Part shown: positions 1 to 9,074 of the stretch, in pieces | Position numbering within the stretch: the stretch's first letter is position 1 | Layout of the letters: each line of letters begins with the position of its first letter | DNA from: a virus | Lineage: Duplodnaviria > Caudoviricetes | IMG/VR virus record: IMGVR_UViG_3300042558_001390 | Coordinates: 1-52,961 of that record | Length of the DNA: 52,961 bases | Direction: 5' to 3' (one strand) | Made by a program: the position numbers and the translations under genes | The notes under the pieces: model-generated | What the model was told of the DNA's origin: nothing | The model's database searches: none | Seen by the model: the letters and a program-made list of their open reading frames with translations, nothing else

Positions 1-1
1 C

Positions 2-295
2 TATGAAGATGATGCCGATATATTCGGGGATTATCCATTGTATACAGACATTCAAAACATATATTTTATATTCAAGAAAGAATATGGATTTATGATTGAA
101 AGAGTAGGCGAAATAAAAGCATTTTCTGAATGGTTATCTGGATTGCCAAGCGTATTGACTGTTCCATTTTACTATAATGAAATGATACAGAACGCAAAAG
201 ATTTTGGAGTAGTTATAAAAGACGAAGACGAATTTTGTGCTACATACTTCGATAGATTATCAAACGCATTTTTCACTTTAAAAAACAACTTATGA
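2..295 (+). CDS. Hypothetical early protein, 5'-truncated by window edge
   Basis: Frame of the 38..295 ORF is open back to position 2 (YEDDADIFGDYPL...). Confidence 0.6.
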   Translation, partial: YEDDADIFGDYPLYTDIQNIYFIFKKEYGFMIERVGEIKAFSEWLSGLPSVLTVPFYYNEMIQNAKDFGVVIKDEDEFCATYFDRLSNAFFTLKNNL

Positions 296-474
296 AACAA
301 AGTATTTGGGAAGCATGGTTTATATCTTCAGTAGGTATATCCTTCGGACTGTTTATGATTGGCACATTACCTGGAAGTGTAGAGGTATTCCCTTCATTCT
401 TATGGTACTTTATACCATCAATAATCAATTTATTAATCTGCCTATACTACGGCACAAAAGACTCAACACTATGA
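292..474 (+). CDS. Small membrane protein
   Basis: 60 aa, two hydrophobic segments; ATGA overlaps with both neighbours. Confidence 0.6.
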   Translation: MKQSIWEAWFISSVGISFGLFMIGTLPGSVEVFPSFLWYFIPSIINLLICLYYGTKDSTL

Positions 475-665
475 CAGACATTACACATTATTCAGACCAA
501 GAGTTAAGCCTATTATTTCTAAACGATGAGTTTTTATACAAAGAACTAATTAGGGCAGTTAGATGCGAAAGGTTTAATCACATTAAAGATTTATGCGATG
601 AATTGTTTATATACAGTGAAGAGCAAATGGAGGACTTAATAGAAACTTTTTGGGCAGAGATATGA
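471..665 (+). CDS. Small acidic hypothetical protein (MTDITHYSDQELS...)
   Basis: Internal ATG of the 306..665 ORF; ATGA-coupled to previous stop. Confidence 0.6.
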   Translation: MTDITHYSDQELSLLFLNDEFLYKELIRAVRCERFNHIKDLCDELFIYSEEQMEDLIETFWAEI

Positions 666-817
666 GAACAGAGATAACAGACATTGCAAAGTGGCTCAGA
701 GAGTACAACAACCCAACAAGTGAGAGCGAGTGGGTAAAAGCTATGCACAAACTTGAGAGAGTGCATAAAAAATACGGGACAATAGACATAAGTATAATCA
801 AACAATTAATCAATTAA
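662..817 (+). CDS. Hypothetical protein, 51 aa (not in ORF track)
   Basis: Read by hand: MRTEITDIAKWLREY...KQLIN*; ATGA coupling; fills the gap. Confidence 0.55.
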   Translation: MRTEITDIAKWLREYNNPTSESEWVKAMHKLERVHKKYGTIDISIIKQLIN

Positions 818-821
818 AATC

Positions 822-1223
822 ATGGAGACAAAAACAATTCAATCGTGGAGACACCAAAAAGTGCGTGTAAAAGAAGAGTATATCGTTAAAGAAAAAGAGA
901 TAGATGAAGACGCATCTACTTATGATGATGATTATAATATCATAGAAGAAGTGTATTGTGAAAAAGAGTACATAAGTTCAGATTGTGGACTTGGAAGTGT
1001 ATTAAGTGGTAAAGAGAGGGATATTTTTGAAGTAGCAGCCGACTTTTATGGTGTGGATTTGTATAGATTTCAAAACAAAACCAATGTAGAAGAACTACCT
1101 GAATTAACACATCAAATTATATTGAGAGATTATTCATACCCATATATGTGGAATAGTAAATACTTTGAGGTAGTGACTACTGAAACAATTTATGTAGCAG
1201 ATAAACAATTTAAAACCAATTAA
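822..1223 (+). CDS. Hypothetical protein
   Basis: 133 aa ORF in tightly packed + strand run. Confidence 0.65.
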   Translation: METKTIQSWRHQKVRVKEEYIVKEKEIDEDASTYDDDYNIIEEVYCEKEYISSDCGLGSVLSGKERDIFEVAADFYGVDLYRFQNKTNVEELPELTHQIILRDYSYPYMWNSKYFEVVTTETIYVADKQFKTN

Positions 1224-1227
1224 TATC

Positions 1228-2427
1228 ATGACATTAACAGAATTAAAAGAGCTGTTTGAGTTATTAAACGGCAACAGAGCAAATGTAGAGAAAGCATTGG
1301 CATCAATCAAGCAAGGTTATGTGACTATCGATGAGTTATTATCGGAAGAGTATATGAGTGACTGCGATTATTACTATTCAAATGAGGACTATGTAATGAC
1401 GCATAGGGGCGATATTATACATATAGATAATTCGTTTTGGTGCGAAGGAATGGATGAGTACTTCCATATAGACGATATGGTAAAAGTATATGAGGGCAGT
1501 CAGGATATGTGGTATAGCCAAAGGTATATTGAACGCAATAGTGACTACTCTTATTTTGATGGTAGCTATTACGATGAGTCTGCACTTGACAGACACGATA
1601 TTGTTTGGGTTGAGGATACAGGAGAATTATGTTGGAGAGAGGATGTTTTTTACCATGATGGAGATGGATACTACTCTTATCCTGAGGGTGGTGGCTATGT
1701 TCGTTCATACCATAATGGTAGCTATCAATCGTTAAACTTTAACAACAAAAGTAAGTACAAAATCGGCTATGAGATAGAGAAAGAGGATGAAGATGTGCGT
1801 AATAGTATTGACATTGAGGACTTTGAGAGTGCTACAGATGATTTGTGGAGAAAGGAGAAAGACGGCAGTCTTAATGATGAGAGTGGATATGAGCTCATCA
1901 GTCCTACATTTGAGTTCGATATAGACAAAATATTTGAACACATTGAGGGTAATCACCAATTGGTTGCACACATTGAGGCGAATACTAGCACTAGTTGTGG
2001 TGGACATATACATTTATCTGAGAATGGACTAAGTGGTGATGAGTTATTTGAGAAAGTCAAAGGTTATACGCCACTATTCTATGCTTTATACTATGGTCGT
2101 GTGGACAAGAATTATTCTAAAGGTAAGAGTAATAGAGACTTGCAGAATGAGAACGAGAAGTATCAAGCAATCAAGATACACCACGACAGAATAGAGTTTC
2201 GTATCATTAGCGCAGTACCTAACGTTAAGACGTTGAGGTGGCGTACTAAGTTACTCAGAATGATATTAGAGAACCCTACTAATGACATCATCAAGGCATA
2301 CTACAATGTGGATACTAAGTTCACAAAGTTATTAAAACAAACCTATTCAGATGAGAAACTTGTAGAGGTTAAGGAAAGATTTATAAAGTTCACAAGACAA
2401 TTTGAGGGAATAGAAGTAAAACAATAA
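1228..2427 (+). CDS. Putative amidoligase (COOH-NH2 ligase, glutamine synthetase-like fold) with Tyr/Asp-rich N-terminal region
   Basis: Motifs GYEIE, DGSL, YELISP, SCGGHIH, IEFRI in the expected order. Confidence 0.85.
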   Translation: MTLTELKELFELLNGNRANVEKALASIKQGYVTIDELLSEEYMSDCDYYYSNEDYVMTHRGDIIHIDNSFWCEGMDEYFHIDDMVKVYEGSQDMWYSQRYIERNSDYSYFDGSYYDESALDRHDIVWVEDTGELCWREDVFYHDGDGYYSYPEGGGYVRSYHNGSYQSLNFNNKSKYKIGYEIEKEDEDVRNSIDIEDFESATDDLWRKEKDGSLNDESGYELISPTFEFDIDKIFEHIEGNHQLVAHIEANTSTSCGGHIHLSENGLSGDELFEKVKGYTPLFYALYYGRVDKNYSKGKSNRDLQNENEKYQAIKIHHDRIEFRIISAVPNVKTLRWRTKLLRMILENPTNDIIKAYYNVDTKFTKLLKQTYSDEKLVEVKERFIKFTRQFEGIEVKQ

Positions 2428-2452
2428 TATAACAATTTAAAAATCAGAAACT

Positions 2453-3247
2453 ATGTGTATAGCAATTTTAAACACCAAGAAAGCGGGTAGATTACCTAAA
2501 TCACAAATCAAAAACTCGTGGGACAATAACGATATGGGCTCCGGGTTATTGTGGAATGAGAAAAACAAATTAAGTGTATTCAAGACGTATGACTACGATG
2601 AGTACATAGACAAGTACAATGAGCTTAGGGACAACAAAGAGATAGGTAATATTGTACTACACTTTCGTATTGCCACTAGTGGGTACAACGGGGAGCATAA
2701 CCTACACCCATTCTTAGTCAATGATAAGTTAGGGTTTGTACATAACGGAGTTATCAAGGGATTGGGTAACAAGAAATTCTCTGACACGTATGAGTTCAAT
2801 GATATGCTTAAGAAATACAAGCACAACTTTTTAGGTTGTGATATGAGTAAGTATTTCATATCAGAGTATATTGGATATAGCAAGTTAATCTTTTTAGATG
2901 CAGACGACCGCTACACTATCATAAATGAGGAAATGGGCAAGTGGGTTGATGGAAATTGGTACTCAAACGATTCGTACAAGCAGTACAATAACTACAAGTA
3001 CTACGGCAATCAAAAAGTGTATAATGACAAGAAGGTTGACGATAAGGTAGTAGGGTTGTATGTTGATCCAGCTTATACTCTTGAGGACAATTGGATTGAA
3101 GACGAGTGGACAATGTATGAGTACATCTGTGATGTTTATGGATTAGACCATGAAAGTGAGGCAACATTTGAGGACATTGAGTACTACATGGAGTTAAACC
3201 AGGTGGATAACATAACAGACTTATATAGAACATTAACAGACTTATAA
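2453..3247 (+). CDS. Class II (Ntn) glutamine amidotransferase
   Basis: N-terminal MC, HFRIATSG, HPF, HNGVI, SDT motifs. Confidence 0.9.
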   Translation: MCIAILNTKKAGRLPKSQIKNSWDNNDMGSGLLWNEKNKLSVFKTYDYDEYIDKYNELRDNKEIGNIVLHFRIATSGYNGEHNLHPFLVNDKLGFVHNGVIKGLGNKKFSDTYEFNDMLKKYKHNFLGCDMSKYFISEYIGYSKLIFLDADDRYTIINEEMGKWVDGNWYSNDSYKQYNNYKYYGNQKVYNDKKVDDKVVGLYVDPAYTLEDNWIEDEWTMYEYICDVYGLDHESEATFEDIEYYMELNQVDNITDLYRTLTDL

Positions 3248-3380
3248 TTATGGAAGAAGCACAAAAATTTTACGAGTGGTTATTAAAAATGAAGAACATT
3301 CATTTAGCAGATAACGAGAGTATGGCTAAAGCATACGGAATAGTAATACAAAATAGTAACAAACTTAAAACAATTTAATT

Positions 3381-3953
3381 ATGGAAAACTTTTTATCAAA
3401 GTTTGCTAATGCAGACACACAAGTACAATCAAGCAATGCTAACCTATCAGTAAGTGCTGAGTTTCACGGCACAATAGACATATCTAAGGGTGCATTAAAG
3501 ATGAGTATAAACTTCTTTGCAAGACTATACAAAACAAGATACGAAAACTTCGTATCAATAGATGATTGGGACGTACACGAAACTATGGGCATAGAGTTTG
3601 ACGGCATACCTGTAGATGACATCAATGCTTTAAGACAAAGTATGACAAATAGTGGTCTATCTACATTATCCAAAGGACTAGAAATTAACGATAATCAAAT
3701 TAAAAAAGAGATAGCAATTCAAATAGGTCAATCAAAACTATTCAAGGCTGTGTACGGAAAGACAGCAGTAATGCACGATACCTTGTCTAACGAAGAGAAG
3801 AAAAAAGTATGGTTAAAGTATGCGATAGACAACTATCATAGTAATAACGCAGAAAGAGAGATTAATATGTTTTTAGTTGAAGACGAAGAGGCCAACAAGG
3901 TTGCACCATCATACGAGCAATTAGTTGAAATGTACAACCAATTAAACCAATAG
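3381..3953 (+). CDS. Hypothetical protein
   Basis: 190 aa ORF with A-rich leader. Confidence 0.7.
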   Translation: MENFLSKFANADTQVQSSNANLSVSAEFHGTIDISKGALKMSINFFARLYKTRYENFVSIDDWDVHETMGIEFDGIPVDDINALRQSMTNSGLSTLSKGLEINDNQIKKEIAIQIGQSKLFKAVYGKTAVMHDTLSNEEKKKVWLKYAIDNYHSNNAEREINMFLVEDEEANKVAPSYEQLVEMYNQLNQ

Positions 3954-4227
3954 ATATGAGAGACAAGGTTCTTAAAGCAATAAAAGAAAGGTACTTAGGA
4001 TTAAGTACACTAAAGTTAGCAATGTGGGAAGACGAGGACACTGTCCTTGTCAACCTTTGCGATGACTTGAATGATAAGTTCACAGAAGAGGAGATACTTA
4101 AAAGAATTAAAGAGCTATTAAAATAAAGATACTATGGAAGAGATTTATTATTTTTGTGATTGGGTATCATGTACACTTGAACGCTCAGACTATTCAGAAT
4201 TCCAATTAATTAACTACAAAGATTATT

Positions 4228-4452
4228 ATGAACATATACAGAATCAGCACGACAGAATATAAGATAGAGGACTTCTACTTGCATACAGAATTAAGTCAGG
4301 AGGACATCATTGAGGTCATTACACCGATTGTAAACGCAGAACGCGAAGGACTTGATGATTATGATAACGAGGTATTGTTTGATGCCTTACAGAAGAAGTA
4401 TCAACGTAAAAAAATAGAGCTACTTGTGGATATTGACACAATAAAAATATAA
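4228..4452 (+). CDS. Hypothetical protein
   Basis: 74 aa acidic ORF, co-oriented. Confidence 0.6.
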   Translation: MNIYRISTTEYKIEDFYLHTELSQEDIIEVITPIVNAEREGLDDYDNEVLFDALQKKYQRKKIELLVDIDTIKI

Positions 4453-4605
4453 ATAGAGTGGAAATTGGAATCCTTACTTATCGGTAATGTAGGCCGTTGT
4501 AATGCCATTGGTTAATTCAGCACCCACTCATGTATCGAACTGCAATTAGATACACTCATGAAACTGAAAATTACAATAAGATTGACTGATAGGAAAGACT
4601 ATTTT
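4451..4605 (+). ncRNA. Candidate structured RNA in intergenic region
   Basis: Complementary segments GAGTGG/CCACTC, TTGTAAT/ATTACAA, TTCAG/CTGAA, TGTATC/GATACA and terminal ATAG-GAAAGA-CTAT hairpin. Confidence 0.4.
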
Positions 4606-4618
4606 TAAAACCTAAGCT

Positions 4619-5014
4619 ATGAAAAAAATAAAAGAGTTTATGTATGTTTTCTTTTTCTGCGTACCATTCGCAATTATAATTTATACGGGTTGTGTGATAG
4701 GAATATTAATAGTTAATTTAATCAAATTTATGGAAACAAAAAAAATTAATGACATCGAGGTAAAAGAAGAACCTAAAAACCCAAACAATCAAGAAGTTGC
4801 TGAAAGATTATATCCAGGAGTAGATAGACAAATTGATAGAATGTTATTTATTAATGGTGCTAAATGGCAACAAGAACAAGACAAGAATAAGTATAGTGAG
4901 GAAGATATGAAACAATTTGGAGATTGGTGTAGAAATGGACTTTTAAACACCGAGTATGGATTTGAAAAATTAGATGAACATTTAAAACAATGGAAACAAT
5001 TTAAAAACAAATAA
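4619..5014 (+). CDS. Hypothetical protein (N-terminal TM; C-terminal GAKWQQEQ...YSEED region)
   Basis: ORF track; possible second start at METKK. Confidence 0.6.
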   Translation: MKKIKEFMYVFFFCVPFAIIIYTGCVIGILIVNLIKFMETKKINDIEVKEEPKNPNNQEVAERLYPGVDRQIDRMLFINGAKWQQEQDKNKYSEEDMKQFGDWCRNGLLNTEYGFEKLDEHLKQWKQFKNK

Positions 5015-5017
5015 GTT

Positions 5018-5281
5018 ATGAAAAAAGTATTATTACTATTATCATTTGTATTGCTATCGTGTAATCCAGATGACCCAGAACAACCAACGCCACCACAGAA
5101 TTGTGATTGTGATAAAGTGGTAGAGGTGGCAACATTCAATGTCGTTGGAACACCACAGAACCCTGCAATTAACTATTATTCTGTATATACAACAATCAAT
5201 GTATGTACACAGATTCAAAGACAGAAGAACTTTACAACAACGGTGTCAAGTCAGTCGCCACAATTAGGTCAGTGTAGGTAA
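5018..5281 (+). CDS. Putative lipoprotein
   Basis: MKK + hydrophobic stretch + LLSC lipobox. Confidence 0.75.
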   Translation: MKKVLLLLSFVLLSCNPDDPEQPTPPQNCDCDKVVEVATFNVVGTPQNPAINYYSVYTTINVCTQIQRQKNFTTTVSSQSPQLGQCR

Positions 5282-5400
5282 TGGATACGTGGAACAACCC
5301 TCCGGAAGAGAAAGAGAACGAGTGCAATTATTGTGGAGAGCTTTGTGATGGACGTTATTGCTCAACAGATTGTAAGAAAGGATATGAGTCAGACAACTAA
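5281..5400 (+). CDS. Small Cys-rich (Zn-finger-like) protein, 39 aa (not in ORF track)
   Basis: Read by hand: MDTWNNPPEEKENECNYCGELCDGRYCSTDCKKGYESDN*; TAATG coupling. Confidence 0.55.
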   Translation: MDTWNNPPEEKENECNYCGELCDGRYCSTDCKKGYESDN

Positions 5401-5791
5401 CAAAGGTAGTTTTAAAAAAGGACACACCCCTTGGAATTCGGGGCTTAAAGGTATCAGGCTTAGCCCCGCTACTGAGTTCAAGACAGGAGAAAATGTAGGA
5501 GATAAACACCCAAGTTGGAGAGGTGGAGAGCAAAAGTTTACAAAAGATTGCGTATATTTATACGCAGGTACAAACAAGAGAATTCGCAGACCTAAAAAGG
5601 TTTATGAAGACGCTTATGGACCTATACCAAAGGGGTGGATATTGTATCACTTAGACGGAGATAGATACAATGATGACTTGGATAACTTAATTGCAATCCC
5701 TCGTGCGGTACTTGTAAAAATAAACGCAGGAAGAATGAACGCAAACTATCATGAGATAAGTATTGCGGTTGAACAATTTAAAAACAAATAA
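5384..5791 (+). CDS. HNH endonuclease with NUMOD3-like N-terminal motifs
   Basis: FKKGHTPWN and FKTG...HPSWRGG motifs; GPIPKG-ILYHLDGDRYNDDLDNL HNH-type core; ATG 5384 preferred over GTG 5333. Confidence 0.8.
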   Translation: MSQTTNKGSFKKGHTPWNSGLKGIRLSPATEFKTGENVGDKHPSWRGGEQKFTKDCVYLYAGTNKRIRRPKKVYEDAYGPIPKGWILYHLDGDRYNDDLDNLIAIPRAVLVKINAGRMNANYHEISIAVEQFKNK

Positions 5792-5793
5792 TT

Positions 5794-6195
5794 ATGAAAG
5801 ACTATTTTGAATTAGAATGCGCCATTGAACAATGGGCAGAAGACAAAGGAATTTTAGCAAATGCTACACCCATCAAGCAAGCAATGAAAACTCAAGAAGA
5901 ATTGACAGAACTATGCAATGCTATCCTTAACGATGATAAGGAAGAAATTAAAGATGCTATTGGAGATATAATGGTAACACTTATTATACAAGCCAAGATG
6001 CAAGGAATGACTATCGAGGAATGTTTGAACGCTGCTTATGATGTAATCAGTAAGCGAACAGGTCAGATGATAAATGGTCAGTTTGTCAAGGATAATGGCG
6101 GAGTAGTAATAACAAGAGAAAGTTGGGAAAAGGCAGACAAGATAAGCCAAGATGGATTTGTCTATGTAAAATACGCAGACCTTTTAATAATATGA
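5794..6195 (+). CDS. mazG: MazG-like nucleotide pyrophosphohydrolase
   Basis: QAMKTQEELTEL, EIKDAIGD, AYDVISKRTG..INGQFVK. Confidence 0.85.
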   Translation: MKDYFELECAIEQWAEDKGILANATPIKQAMKTQEELTELCNAILNDDKEEIKDAIGDIMVTLIIQAKMQGMTIEECLNAAYDVISKRTGQMINGQFVKDNGGVVITRESWEKADKISQDGFVYVKYADLLII

Positions 6196-6256
6196 AAAGA
6201 ATATTTATAAACTTATTTTTTTGGATATTAATATCAATAACAATAATAATAACATT

Positions 6257-6580
6257 ATGACAACAATTAAAAAACATTTAGAGCAATCAACAGATCAATC
6301 AAGAATTGATGAGCTAGATAAAATAGTAAACAGAGGTACTCTTACTATGAAAGAATGGAAAGGAACTGCTAAATTCTTTCCTAAAGATGAATACAAGTCG
6401 GACTTAAAATTAAAAAGCAACTGCGAACAAATCATTGAGTATGCAGGATTGGTTTTAGTACAAGTATTATCTACCGGAGATTTTGTATTTGAAAAATTTA
6501 AAAGCAAGGACATTGACGAAGTAGAGTCATTGGCTTGGATAAGTTCAGCAGAAAAATTTTGGTGCGAGAATTGTCAATAA
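6257..6580 (+). CDS. Hypothetical protein
   Basis: ORF 6221..6580; ATG after the AAT/AAC-rich leader preferred as start. Confidence 0.6.
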   Translation: MTTIKKHLEQSTDQSRIDELDKIVNRGTLTMKEWKGTAKFFPKDEYKSDLKLKSNCEQIIEYAGLVLVQVLSTGDFVFEKFKSKDIDEVESLAWISSAEKFWCENCQ

Positions 6581-6619
6581 CTTTGTAAAAGAAATGCACA
6601 ATATATAGACATTTTTTGC

Positions 6620-6627
6620 TATATTTG
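6620..6627 (+). promoter_or_regulatory. Bacteroidota-type -7 promoter element (TATATTTG)
   Basis: Matches TAnnTTTG, 20 nt before ATG 6647 that opens the recombination/replication block. Confidence 0.65.
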
Positions 6628-6646
6628 TGAAATAAAATCAAATCAA

Positions 6647-6949
6647 ATGAAAGAAGAAGTATTTAATCAGTATGTTGAGCGAGTTTGTAGCTTGTTTAAC
6701 ATAAGTAATGAGGAATTTTTCTCTAAATCAAGAAAGAGAAATTTTGTAGATGCAAGGCATTTAGTTTTTTTCTTATGCTCAAGAAGAAACATCTTAGTTG
6801 TTTCAGTTAAGAAATTTATGGACAACAACAATCACGAAATTTTTAGAACATCTATTACTCACGGTATAAAAAATATATCTAAAAAAGTTGAAGAGGATAG
6901 AGACTATAAAGTTATAGTTAATGACATAGAGAAAGCAGTGCATATTTAA
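6647..6949 (+). CDS. Stand-alone DnaA C-terminal (domain IV)-like HTH protein
   Basis: FFSKSRKRNFVDARHL...TSITHGIKNI pattern. Confidence 0.7.
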   Translation: MKEEVFNQYVERVCSLFNISNEEFFSKSRKRNFVDARHLVFFLCSRRNILVVSVKKFMDNNNHEIFRTSITHGIKNISKKVEEDRDYKVIVNDIEKAVHI

Positions 6950-6971
6950 TAATAAAATCAAATTTAATCAA

Positions 6972-7622
6972 ATGGAAAAAACGAAATCAACATTCGATGT
7001 ATTGTCGGCTATTAATCTTAGCGACAAAGTAGAAAAGAAAAGCAACCTTACTTACCTATCTTGGGCTTGGGCGTGGGCAGAAGTGAAGAAAGAATATCCT
7101 GATGCTACTTATGAGGTAAAAGGAGACCCTATTACTCAAAAACCATACTTCTATGATGAGAACCTTGGATATATGGTAATGACAGAGGTTACTATTAAAG
7201 AAGAAACTTTAGAGATGTGGCTTCCTGTTATGGACGGTGCTAATAAAGCTATGCTATCTACACCATACACTTACAAAACAAAATTCGGAGAGAAGTCAGT
7301 TGAAGCAGCTACTATGTTTGACATCAACAAGACTCTTATGAGATGCTTAGTTAAGAACTTAGCTATGTTTGGTTTAGGTCTTTATATCTATGCAGGAGAG
7401 GACTTACCTGAGGCTGAGCCTACACCTGCACCTGCGCCAGTAAAAACTGCTTCTGATTTAGAAGATCTTAAAGTAGGCGATGCTAATTGGAATAAAGTAG
7501 TAGCTTATGTTACAGCAAACAAATCATTAGGTATTGAAGCTATTGGTAAACAACTTAATAGAAAATACAAGATGACACCTGCTGTTAAAAAAGAAATAAC
7601 TAACTTAGTATCAGCAAAATAA
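6972..7622 (+). CDS. Sak/Rad52-like single-strand annealing protein (DUF1071-type)
   Basis: LTYLSWAWAW, MWLPVMD, INKTLMRCLVKNLAMFGLGLYIYAGEDLP. Confidence 0.9.
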   Translation: MEKTKSTFDVLSAINLSDKVEKKSNLTYLSWAWAWAEVKKEYPDATYEVKGDPITQKPYFYDENLGYMVMTEVTIKEETLEMWLPVMDGANKAMLSTPYTYKTKFGEKSVEAATMFDINKTLMRCLVKNLAMFGLGLYIYAGEDLPEAEPTPAPAPVKTASDLEDLKVGDANWNKVVAYVTANKSLGIEAIGKQLNRKYKMTPAVKKEITNLVSAK

Positions 7623-8368
7623 TGGCAGAAGTTAACGCACACGTTCTTGAGTTATTAAAAAATGACCAAGAATACTACGCAGGAGTTGGAAAGAACTACT
7701 TATCTAACTCAGACATTGGTACTCTTTTAAACAACCCAAAAGAGTTTGGAAAGCCTAGAGAAGACAATAAAGCTTTTATGGATGGAAGATACTTCCACCA
7801 ACTAATTCTTGAACCTGAGAAGGCTAAAGACTTATTGTATGTAGATGCAAGTACACGTACTACAAAAATATACAAAGACTTTTGCGAAGAAAACAACGTT
7901 CCGTTCTGTATGCTTCAGAAAGAAAAAGAAGAGATTGAGTCTTTGGTAGCTATTATCAATGGTAACATTGCTTTCTTTGAGGAGTTATATAAAGAAGGAA
8001 ATCAATATGAGATTCCTGCCGTAGCAGAGATCCAAGGTATGATGTGGAAAGGTAAGGCTGATATTGTAACTAATGATGCAATCATTGATCTAAAGACCAC
8101 CTCAGATATTGATAAGTTCAAATGGAACGCTAAGAAGTACAACTATGATTCTCAGTGTTATATCTATCAGATGTTATTCGGTAAGCCTTTAGTATTTTAT
8201 GTTATCGACAAGACCACAGGAGTGCTTGGTATCTTCAGACCAACAGATGATTTTGTGAAGTCAGGAGAGGACAAAGTAGCTAGAGCTATTGAGGTATTCA
8301 ACAAATACTTCGGAGCCAATCCTACAGATGATATAATGAACTATTACATTGACGAATACTTATATTAA
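7622..8368 (+). CDS. PD-(D/E)XK exonuclease (RecE/exodeoxyribonuclease VIII-like)
   Basis: YLSNSDI, FHQLILEP, KGKAD, IIDLKTT, YDSQCYIY; adjacent to annealase. Confidence 0.85.
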   Translation: MAEVNAHVLELLKNDQEYYAGVGKNYLSNSDIGTLLNNPKEFGKPREDNKAFMDGRYFHQLILEPEKAKDLLYVDASTRTTKIYKDFCEENNVPFCMLQKEKEEIESLVAIINGNIAFFEELYKEGNQYEIPAVAEIQGMMWKGKADIVTNDAIIDLKTTSDIDKFKWNAKKYNYDSQCYIYQMLFGKPLVFYVIDKTTGVLGIFRPTDDFVKSGEDKVARAIEVFNKYFGANPTDDIMNYYIDEYLY

Positions 8369-8373
8369 GAGTT

Positions 8374-8655
8374 ATGAATAAAGTATGGTTCAGAAATCAC
8401 GATAATCAATTACTTTTTGTTTTAAACACCTGCAGAGAAATACAAACAGTTCCTATGGTTGGAGATAATATAAAAGTTTGTGATAAAGATTTTACAAAAG
8501 CTACTTTTAGAGTAAAGCCACACGGAAATGTAGGAGTATATTTAGATTTTATTGTAGTCAGCAGGAGCTACGCAACGTATGCAAATGAGTGGGAATTAAT
8601 ATGTGAGCCTACTTCAAGAAGTTTATTATATTTATTACAGAAAGTTAAGAGTTAA
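8374..8655 (+). CDS. Hypothetical protein
   Basis: 93 aa ORF, co-oriented. Confidence 0.6.
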   Translation: MNKVWFRNHDNQLLFVLNTCREIQTVPMVGDNIKVCDKDFTKATFRVKPHGNVGVYLDFIVVSRSYATYANEWELICEPTSRSLLYLLQKVKS

Positions 8656-8659
8656 TTAT

Positions 8660-8713
8660 ACCAATCACAAACTTAACCTCAGAGGTTTGTGTTTGGTTAA
8701 AACAGACTGAGGT
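8660..8713 (+). promoter_or_regulatory. H-type pseudoknot in leader of SSB-like gene
   Basis: Stem 8660-8674/8683-8697; loop segment ACCTCAG 8676-8682 pairs perfectly with CTGAGGT 8707-8713. Confidence 0.7.
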
Positions 8714-8733
8714 AAACTAAAAAATTATTTACA

Positions 8734-9033
8734 ATGGCACAAGAACAAGAAGAAAAGATTTTCGCAGACGGATTTATTTTCAAAAGAAACGAAAAAGCAC
8801 CTGAATTTGTAATTGGTAGAATATCTATCAAAGTAGAAGATGCAGTAGCATTTTTAAAACAACACCAGGATAATGGATGGGTTAACCTTGGAGTTAAACA
8901 AGCAAGAAGTGGAAACTATTACATTGAACTAGATACTTTCAAACCGGGAAATGATAGTGCGGTTGACAAGTATGAAGCAAAAAAACAACCTGCTCCTGCT
9001 GAAGAAGAACCGGTTAGTGATTTACCGTTCTAA
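8734..9033 (+). CDS. Putative single-stranded DNA-binding protein
   Basis: Beta-rich 99 aa protein with acidic tail ending DLPF; sits after annealase/exonuclease. Confidence 0.7.
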   Translation: MAQEQEEKIFADGFIFKRNEKAPEFVIGRISIKVEDAVAFLKQHQDNGWVNLGVKQARSGNYYIELDTFKPGNDSAVDKYEAKKQPAPAEEEPVSDLPF

Positions 9034-9045
9034 GCCCAATAAAAT

Positions 9046-9072
9046 AAGGGGAATTAAGTTTCCCCTTTTTTT
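9046..9072 (+). terminator. Intrinsic terminator
   Basis: AAGGGGAA-N6-TTCCCCTT followed by T run. Confidence 0.8.
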
Positions 9073-9074
9073 AG

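Noticed and set aside
306-470. N-terminal extension of ORF 306..665
   Set aside because: Overlaps the 292..474 gene out of frame; ATG 471 gives standard ATGA coupling
4586-4600. CTGATAGGAAA as a hammerhead ribozyme core
   Set aside because: No CUGAnGA plus stem II before GAAA; spacing does not fit
6221-6256. Poly-Asn N-terminus MDININNNNNNI
   Set aside because: More likely an AAT/AAC-rich untranslated leader before ATG 6257
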